Shown: piece after piece, positions 58,524 to 64,000 of the stretch
Numbering within the stretch: the stretch's first letter is position 1
Layout of the letters: each line of letters starts with the position of its first letter
Virus record (IMG/VR): IMGVR_UViG_3300040811_001959
Length of the DNA stretch: 64,000 bases
Source: a virus
Lineage: Duplodnaviria > Caudoviricetes
Direction: 5' to 3' (one strand)
Translations under genes and position numbers: made by a program
The notes under the pieces: generated by a model
Databases searched by the model: none
What the model was told of the DNA's origin: nothing
The model's input: only the letters and a program-made list of their open reading frames with translations

Positions 58524-60476
58524 TTACTTGTCTAAGTTGTGTATCACAGTAATTGGTTTTCCGATATCAACTGCAGATGAAAATTCTAAATATAGCCCAG
58601 CTCGTCTTACAGTTCCACTTCCTAAGGCTTTTCCGTCAATTTCCCAAACATAAACTGCGCCCTTTTCGGCTCCTTCTTCGTAAGCTCCTACTATCAAATG
58701 GGTATTTGTTATTGCTAAAGCACTACCAAATAAATCTCCTGCGGGTGCCTCGTCCCAGTCAACATCTGCTAAATTTACTAATTGTTCTCCAGTTAACAAA
58801 TCAAAAACATAAACAACACCTGCATCTTGTTCTAGAGTGTTTGGGTCTTCATAGTTAGGAATATCTTCGGTATGTCCACTGATCAAAGCATATACATCGC
58901 TTATTGAAACACTATAACCAAAAAAATCATTTAACGGAGTTCCGTAGATATTTGGATTTTTTATTCCGCCAAAATCATCATTTAGATAAGTATTTCCGCT
59001 TATATCGCTGTTTGGATCTGGATATAATTTTGGAGCTAGATCAGTTGGCTGCAACGGATCTACTTGCGGTATTTCATAAAAATAAACTCTACCAGTACCC
59101 GAAACACCATCAAAAGATTCATTAAAAGCACCTACTATAGCAAATCTATCACTGATAGCTACACTATGACCAAATCCATCGTCATCTGTCTCGGCAGTAT
59201 TAGGATTATTCAGTGTATAAAGATGATCTCCTGCTAGATTAAATATGTATGCTTTATTTTGATAAGTTTGTCCTTCGATATTATTTGTGCCAACAATTAC
59301 ATAATTTGATGAAATATCTACAGCAGATCCAAACCATAATCCGCCCGAATCATAGTCTAACGGATTATCAAGAATAACAGGAGTTGCAGTATCGGCTAAA
59401 TCATAGATATATGCTCTTCCTGACGGTTTTAGATTAACAGGTTCTTCTTTAGGTGCGCCAACAACTAAATGAGTTTCTGACATCGCTATAGCATAACCAA
59501 ACCAGTCTGTAGCATCACCAATACCAGTAGTTATTTCTAATTGTGTTGTTGGAACGTTTACATTAATAGTATTAAGTTCGTATAGAAATACTTTACCGTT
59601 GTTATCACCTACTCCAGCTGGAGCAGCACTGTCTTCTTGGAATGCACCTACCGCTATGTGAGTTTGATTTATTGCGACAGCAAATCCAAACCAATCTTCG
59701 GTTTCTGTTCCAAATGCTTGCGGATTTGGAATTTCGTATGCAAGAGCTCCTGCAAGGTTGTAAACATAAACTTTTCCTGCTTCTGTTGCAGTGTCTGAGT
59801 TTTTATAAGCTCCAGTTATCAATAAACTATTAACACCGTTATTTTGTATATCTACACTATATCCAAACCTGCCGCCTAACGTAGGTCCTAACTTATAATT
59901 TACAAAGTTTGTTTCTACTGTTAAGTCAGCTATAAATGTTTCTCCTGATACATTAACAGACGCTCCAACTTTTGTAAAATCAGTATCTGCTGGATCAACT
60001 ATAACATATTCAACACCATTAACTAAATAAAATGCATCAATCACCGCTCCAGTAGCTATACTTGCCGGATCTCTTGCTAAAAGATAATTTGTTGTTGGAA
60101 TTTGATATACATTTTCAACAAAAACAAGTATGCTTTGTGGATTTGCAGGTTCAGGAAAGTCATCGTCACCACTTTCTAAAGGTCCAAATACTGTATAAGT
60201 TCCATTTCCTGGTCCTAATGTTTGTTGTGTTATTTGCCCAGGTTCTTTGTATCTTACTACTTTCCAAGTATTTTCAACAAAAAATTCAAATGCGTCAATA
60301 TCGGTATTATATCTTACGTATCCGTTAACAGGTGTAAATGGTTTTGTCTCTGTAGTACCTTTTGGAACTAATAAAGCATTTGCATCAACTGACGCAATGT
60401 TACTTGCTAAATTGTATTTGTAACCTTTTCCTGTTATTGATCTAGCATTTGTTGTTTGTTGTTTTATTAATCTCAT
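58524..60476 (-). CDS. Virion protein with seven FG-GAP (integrin-alpha-like) propeller repeats
   Basis: 650 aa; seven 'FG.[SA]V.I....VGA..E....G.VY.Y' blades (RFGYSVDI, WFGFAVAI, WFGYAIAM, WFGSAVDI, GFGHSVAI, FFGYSVSI, LFGSALAI). Confidence 0.8.
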   Translation of the reverse strand: MRLIKQQTTNARSITGKGYKYNLASNIASVDANALLVPKGTTETKPFTPVNGYVRYNTDIDAFEFFVENTWKVVRYKEPGQITQQTLGPGNGTYTVFGPLESGDDDFPEPANPQSILVFVENVYQIPTTNYLLARDPASIATGAVIDAFYLVNGVEYVIVDPADTDFTKVGASVNVSGETFIADLTVETNFVNYKLGPTLGGRFGYSVDIQNNGVNSLLITGAYKNSDTATEAGKVYVYNLAGALAYEIPNPQAFGTETEDWFGFAVAINQTHIAVGAFQEDSAAPAGVGDNNGKVFLYELNTINVNVPTTQLEITTGIGDATDWFGYAIAMSETHLVVGAPKEEPVNLKPSGRAYIYDLADTATPVILDNPLDYDSGGLWFGSAVDISSNYVIVGTNNIEGQTYQNKAYIFNLAGDHLYTLNNPNTAETDDDGFGHSVAISDRFAIVGAFNESFDGVSGTGRVYFYEIPQVDPLQPTDLAPKLYPDPNSDISGNTYLNDDFGGIKNPNIYGTPLNDFFGYSVSISDVYALISGHTEDIPNYEDPNTLEQDAGVVYVFDLLTGEQLVNLADVDWDEAPAGDLFGSALAITNTHLIVGAYEEGAEKGAVYVWEIDGKALGSGTVRRAGLYLEFSSAVDIGKPITVIHNLDK

Positions 60477-60919
60477 TATATTTCCAAATAACTTATAAAT
60501 GCAGTCAAATCTGTTAAATTTAGTGTATCACCGTAAATTGGATTTTCTGGTGTACCGCTTACTTCTGTAAAAGTTTCTACTGATGGTCCGGCAAAGAAAA
60601 CAATACTATCGCCTGGTCCTAAAATAATTTTTTCAGTATCAAATGTAAAAGTTTCTTCTGCAACAAGAGTTAGTTGATTGATTACTCTCGTACCAGTGTT
60701 ACCTAATTGTCCATTTGAAACTGGATCGCCAAACGGAACTAAATGCATATCAAAAGTAGCTGAATTAAATTCATTATTATTACAGACAATTATATTTGTT
60801 ACAGCATATGTTTTATTTTGAGTATAATTTGTTCCAGTAACCGGATCCGTTAGTTCAGTTGACGGTGGTTGTAGTAATGTTAAATTAGTATTTTGTAATC
60901 TTACACTTTTTATTGCCAT
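60476..60919 (-). CDS. Small beta-rich virion protein
   Basis: 147 aa; 'AVTNIIVCN', 'TFTFDTEKIILG.GD', 'SYLEI'; related pattern to 29280 and 43582. Confidence 0.55.
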   Translation of the reverse strand: MAIKSVRLQNTNLTLLQPPSTELTDPVTGTNYTQNKTYAVTNIIVCNNNEFNSATFDMHLVPFGDPVSNGQLGNTGTRVINQLTLVAEETFTFDTEKIILGPGDSIVFFAGPSVETFTEVSGTPENPIYGDTLNLTDLTAFISYLEI

Positions 60920-60928
60920 ATTTTTTCC

Positions 60929-61975
60929 TTAAAAGATCAAACTATAAACTATTGATCTGTTCCTACTTATAAATTCGTCTTGTATTTCATTATCGTTTAT
61001 AAAATACAAACCAGTTCCACCATTATTACTGGATTTACTGTAAATTCTTATGCCATCTGACGGAGCTTCAGGATCAATCTTTGGATCATCTGCATGCGGA
61101 GTGGTTGTAAGTTCTAATACATCGTCAATCTGAACTTGGGATTGTCCTGGAGCTCTTAAAGTTAAATTATTACCATTCGTTTTTGGCCTAATAGAAGGTC
61201 CATCTAATGTCAAACCTTGAGTATCAATTGTTGAACTGTATACTGTAAAAACAATATTTCCGTCTATAAAATGATCAACTCTACTAGGAGTGCTATCAAT
61301 GTCAAAATCATGAGCTTGTACTTTTGTATCATATGCTTCTATTACTGCACCAGTTCCTATGTTTGTAAAGGCGTATTCAACATAATCTGCTACAGCCTCC
61401 ATATTTGGAATATGGAGATAATCTTTTATAACATTATTGTTTATCTCTACTAGATTATTTCCACTATAATTTAATACTTTCTTTTTATAATCCGGGATTA
61501 ATTCTGTTGTTATAGCATCACTTGCATCTATAAAAAATTTACCAGGTGTTTTAACTCCGCCGATATATATAGGTATAGGACCAATAAAATCGTCATCTTC
61601 AAATGTAAATGTTCCTCGTGTGCTAGTGCCTTCGCCATTGGTCCAAGCAATTGATTCGTCGAACACCATCCTAACCCTAGACCAATCACCTCTATCTATT
61701 TCAATACCGGCTCTATTTGAATTATCTATTATACCGTCAATACCAGAAGGGTTTTCATATTTGTTAATAACAACTATATTATCATAGACATTTAGATTTT
61801 GTGAATTTACGGTTGTAGTTGTTCCTTTGACCAATAAACCACCGTTGACGATTACTTCACCAACTAAATCGCCATTTGAATCAATTTCTCCTCGACTTGT
61901 ATCAAGGATGATATTTTTACCAGATTCAACTTTAACAATATAATTTCCGTTTTCTACACTTAAAACTTTTGACAT
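60929..61975 (-). CDS. Virion structural protein
   Basis: 348 aa; 'V.G.L.VKGTTTTVNSQNL.V.DNI..IN', 'AGIEIDRG', 'FDES..W'. Confidence 0.6.
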   Translation of the reverse strand: MSKVLSVENGNYIVKVESGKNIILDTSRGEIDSNGDLVGEVIVNGGLLVKGTTTTVNSQNLNVYDNIVVINKYENPSGIDGIIDNSNRAGIEIDRGDWSRVRMVFDESIAWTNGEGTSTRGTFTFEDDDFIGPIPIYIGGVKTPGKFFIDASDAITTELIPDYKKKVLNYSGNNLVEINNNVIKDYLHIPNMEAVADYVEYAFTNIGTGAVIEAYDTKVQAHDFDIDSTPSRVDHFIDGNIVFTVYSSTIDTQGLTLDGPSIRPKTNGNNLTLRAPGQSQVQIDDVLELTTTPHADDPKIDPEAPSDGIRIYSKSSNNGGTGLYFINDNEIQDEFISRNRSIVYSLIF

Positions 61976-61985
61976 ATTTTATTCC

Positions 61986-62016
61986 AAAATATGTAGGCAC
62001 AAGGTGCCTACATTTT
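61986..62016 (-). terminator. Probable intrinsic terminator after the 149-aa gene
   Basis: 10-bp perfect stem ATGTAGGCAC/GTGCCTACAT (61991-62000/62004-62013), 3-nt loop, short A/T tails on both sides. Confidence 0.65.
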
Positions 62017-62021
62017 ACCTA

Positions 62022-62471
62022 TTATACATCTTCAACGAAATCAGTAGCATTTGTTCCAGCATCATCATCGCCTGCTTCTTCTACTTCTACAGCACCATCA
62101 TCTAGAGCTGTTGAGAAGTTCCATGGAATTGATTTTCCGTCATAAGCATTTGCCCCTGTAGCTGTTGGAGCAACTACTGTCATTTTACGTCCAGCAATTT
62201 TTTTACAATTATATGTTTCGCCGTCGTCTGCTTTTACTGATATTGACATTTCAGTACCAGTTAGAGCTGCAGGTAATTTACCCCAAGTAAGAAATCTATC
62301 GTAAGTTGGTGTTCCACCTGTTCCAAGAGCTGCTACTCTAAATTTTTTGCTGCCTAATTGCTTTACAATGTATCCTTGTACAACACTTGCTGTTCCCCAG
62401 AAATCAACTTTGATTTCTTTACCTGCTGCAGTAGGTGTTCCAAAATACTTTTTGTTTACTGGTCTTCCCAT
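62022..62471 (-). CDS. Conserved-looking hypothetical protein near capsid gene (basic N-terminus MGRPVNKKYFG)
   Basis: 149 aa; strong SD AAGGAG; own promoter, leader and terminator; 'GYIVKQLGSKKFRV'. Confidence 0.7.
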   Translation of the reverse strand: MGRPVNKKYFGTPTAAGKEIKVDFWGTASVVQGYIVKQLGSKKFRVAALGTGGTPTYDRFLTWGKLPAALTGTEMSISVKADDGETYNCKKIAGRKMTVVAPTATGANAYDGKSIPWNFSTALDDGAVEVEEAGDDDAGTNATDFVEDV

Positions 62472-62479
62472 TTTTTTCT

Positions 62480-62562
62480 CCTTATTAGAAGTCCGATCCG
62501 GGTTCTATCCGGTACGCTGTGGGTCAGCATAAGTCCACCATTGTGGCACACTATCGCACAAA
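62480..62562 (-). ncRNA. Candidate structured 5' leader RNA of the 149-aa gene
   Basis: 39/70 G+C (56%) over 62491-62560 in an AT-rich genome; hairpins UAUGCUG/CAGCGUA and CCGG/CCGG flanked by direct repeat GGACUU; lies between promoter motif and SD. Confidence 0.45.
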
Positions 62563-62570
62563 GTATTTAT
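62563..62570 (-). promoter_or_regulatory. Late promoter-like motif ATAAATAC
   Basis: Overlaps the TGA of the 42-aa ORF; starts the structured leader. Confidence 0.6.
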
Positions 62571-62698
62571 CAAGTTTTATGCTTGTTTTGTTTTTGTTCT
62601 AACCATGCTTTCTTAGCCCAATTTGGGAGATCTTTAAAGCGATAGCTAGTTAAACCTATTTGTTCATTTTCGTCTTGGGTTTCTAATTTTTTGTGCAT
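62570..62698 (-). CDS. Unannotated 42-aa ORF overlapping the iscU 3' end
   Basis: MHKKLETQDENEQIGLTSYRFKDLPNWAKKAWLEQKQNKHKT; SD AGGAG 6 nt before the ATG; fills the gap exactly up to the next promoter. Confidence 0.55.
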   Translation of the reverse strand: MHKKLETQDENEQIGLTSYRFKDLPNWAKKAWLEQKQNKHKT

Positions 62699-63069
62699 TG
62701 TTTACTCCTGTAATCTTTTATTGCTGCTTTAATTGCATCTTCTGCTAAAACTGAACAATGGATTTTTACTGGAGGAAGTGCTAGTTCTTCTACTATTTCT
62801 GTATTTTTTATTTCAAAAGCTTCGTTTATTGTCTTGCCCTTTACCCATTCTGTTGCTAAACTACTGCTTGCAATAGCTGATCCACAACCAAATGTCTTAA
62901 ATTTTGCATCAACAATACGTTCATCTTCTACACGAATTTGTAATTTCATAACGTCACCGCATTCCGGTGCACCAACTAACCCTGTACCAACATCTGCTGC
63001 TGATTTGTCTAAACTGCCTACGTTTTTAGGATTGTTGTAATGTTCTAATACTGCATCATTATATGCCAT
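62683..63069 (-). CDS. iscU: Fe-S cluster assembly scaffold IscU/NifU-N
   Basis: 128 aa; 'HYNNPKNVG', 'GAPECGDVMKLQI', 'FKTFGCGSAIASSS', 'LPPVKIHCSVLAEDAI': all three Cys, Asp, His and the LPPVK chaperone motif are intact. Confidence 0.97.
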   Translation of the reverse strand: MAYNDAVLEHYNNPKNVGSLDKSAADVGTGLVGAPECGDVMKLQIRVEDERIVDAKFKTFGCGSAIASSSLATEWVKGKTINEAFEIKNTEIVEELALPPVKIHCSVLAEDAIKAAIKDYRSKQCTKN

Positions 63070-63081
63070 GGTTTTTTCTCC

Positions 63082-63119
63082 AAAAAAAAAGCTCTATAAA
63101 AATATTTATAGAGCTTTTT
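63082..63119. terminator. Bidirectional intrinsic terminator after the major capsid gene, containing a TATAAATA late promoter
   Basis: 15-bp inverted repeat AAAAAGCTCTATAAA-aata-TTTATAGAGCTTTTT; T9 tail on the minus strand; minus-strand TATAAATA at 63103-63110. Confidence 0.8.
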
Positions 63120-63148
63120 AGTTTTAGTATCTGAGTTAGATAATAATC

Positions 63149-64000
63149 TTAGCTAAAGAATACCTTGGTTGAATCCATTGCTACTTTATTCAAGTAATCA
63201 GCAGCATTACCAAGAGATGAAGCTGTATTTGTTAATTCTACATATCCATATCTTGTCATAAAGCTAACTACTGGCTCGAATGTAGCCGGATCAAGTACTG
63301 TTCCGCTGCTCATCAATGGAATGTATGGGCAGTAGAATGCAGCAGCATCGCTCTCGCTTGAACCTTTGTATCCAATAAGAACGTCTGTTGAATCTCCAGC
63401 ATATGTGTCTACATATACTTTCATAGCATTATTTAATGTACCAACAAATTTTGTATTTGTTGGAGCTTCAAATGTGCCTTCTGTTGTTCTAGCAAATGCG
63501 CTTGTTGTAGCACTTTGTAGTACAGTCAAAGCAAAAGGAGAAACAACTGCCCAGTTAGCAGCGCCTCTTCTTGTTCTTTGAGCAATAATATTTGCTGCTC
63601 TGTTAATCAATACTGCCAATGCAGCATGCTCATCGCCTACAAAAGTTGCAGTACCTGAAATGTTTGTTTGATCATATGATAAACCTGATGTACCGGCTAA
63701 AGTTCTTAAACTAGCTAATACTTCTTGATCAATTTCAGCAGTAATTTCTTGAGCTAATGCAGCCATAATTTCAGCTTCTACATCAATTCCGTGCATAGCT
63801 TGAGCATCTTGTGCAGCTTCAAAAGTCCAGCGAGCGCTGAGCTTTCGTGTTTTAGCTTCAACAGTTTGCTTCAAGATTTGAATTGACATTTTTCTGCCAG
63901 CTTGACCTTCTAGGTTAGCTGTTGCATCTGGCTTTCCAGGATTGCTACCGTTACCTGAATAAGCTTCAGCAATCTTAAATGGTGACAATGCTTCTTCTCC
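63149..64000 (-). CDS. gp23: Major capsid protein (T4 gp23-like), C-terminal 284 aa; runs off the right edge
   Basis: 'KTRKLSARWTFEAAQDAQAMHGIDVEAEIMAALAQEITAEIDQE', 'TRRGAANW', 'YCPYIPL', 'FMTRYG'; the frame stays open to base 64000. Confidence 0.97.
   Translation of the reverse strand, partial: GEEALSPFKIAEAYSGNGSNPGKPDATANLEGQAGRKMSIQILKQTVEAKTRKLSARWTFEAAQDAQAMHGIDVEAEIMAALAQEITAEIDQEVLASLRTLAGTSGLSYDQTNISGTATFVGDEHAALAVLINRAANIIAQRTRRGAANWAVVSPFALTVLQSATTSAFARTTEGTFEAPTNTKFVGTLNNAMKVYVDTYAGDSTDVLIGYKGSSESDAAAFYCPYIPLMSSGTVLDPATFEPVVSFMTRYGYVELTNTASSLGNAADYLNKVAMDSTKVFFS

Noticed and set aside
26208-60476. Eukaryotic or giant-virus (NCLDV) origin suggested by FG-GAP, Gly-rich and 2OG genes
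   Set aside because: T4-type capsid, sheath, tube and neck genes, Shine-Dalgarno sites and coupled operons indicate a bacteriophage.
62472-62562. tRNA, hammerhead or a known riboswitch in the structured leader
   Set aside because: No cloverleaf/T-loop, no CUGANGA...GAAA core and no aptamer consensus recognisable by eye; left as an unclassified candidate.
62683-63069. Host assignment from the iscU sequence variant
   Set aside because: Motif recall alone cannot place the donor lineage; a phylogeny is needed.
1404-63581. Many short opposite-strand or nested ORFs in the track (e.g. 1404+, 7272-, 12826-, 25095+, 55774+, 62358+, 63366+)
   Set aside because: They lie wholly within longer motif-supported genes, lack SD/promoter context and show no recognisable motifs; treated as shadow ORFs.
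1-64000. Stop-codon reassignment (alternative genetic code)
   Set aside because: Genes up to 2697 aa are open in the standard code and tile the window; the one in-frame stop (54234) is TAA with a perfect SD, not a recoding pattern.

Overview
A 64-kb, AT-rich, gene-dense segment of a large T4-like (contractile-tailed) bacteriophage genome, covering the virion morphogenesis region. It carries tail tube gp19, an enlarged 1137-aa sheath gp18, neck gp13/gp14, tail terminator gp15, the 3' part of major capsid gp23, a long run of fibre/baseplate-type genes (three of 1800-2700 aa) and an intact Fe-S scaffold iscU. Embedded between neck/tail and fibre genes is a ~17-kb island of four flavin-dependent (tryptophan-halogenase family) enzymes, 13 2OG-Fe(II)/JmjC-type oxygenase genes, a cupin and two paralogous dUTPase-like/DUF6065-like genes, arranged as two convergent arms that start at late-promoter-like motifs. 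The most notable observations are: (1) this island as a candidate late-expressed virion-tailoring system; (2) nine repeats in two giant virion proteins that align with the bilin-attachment helix (C-x-R-D) of phycobiliproteins; (3) a GC-rich structured leader in front of a 149-aa gene; (4) an in-frame split fibre gene whose stop codon doubles as a Shine-Dalgarno; (5) three tandem Gly/His-rich adhesin-like paralogs; (6) a late promoter embedded in the capsid terminator directly before iscU. All functional calls come from motif recognition by eye; no database searches were run. No tRNA, rRNA, CRISPR array, integrase or transposase was recognised.
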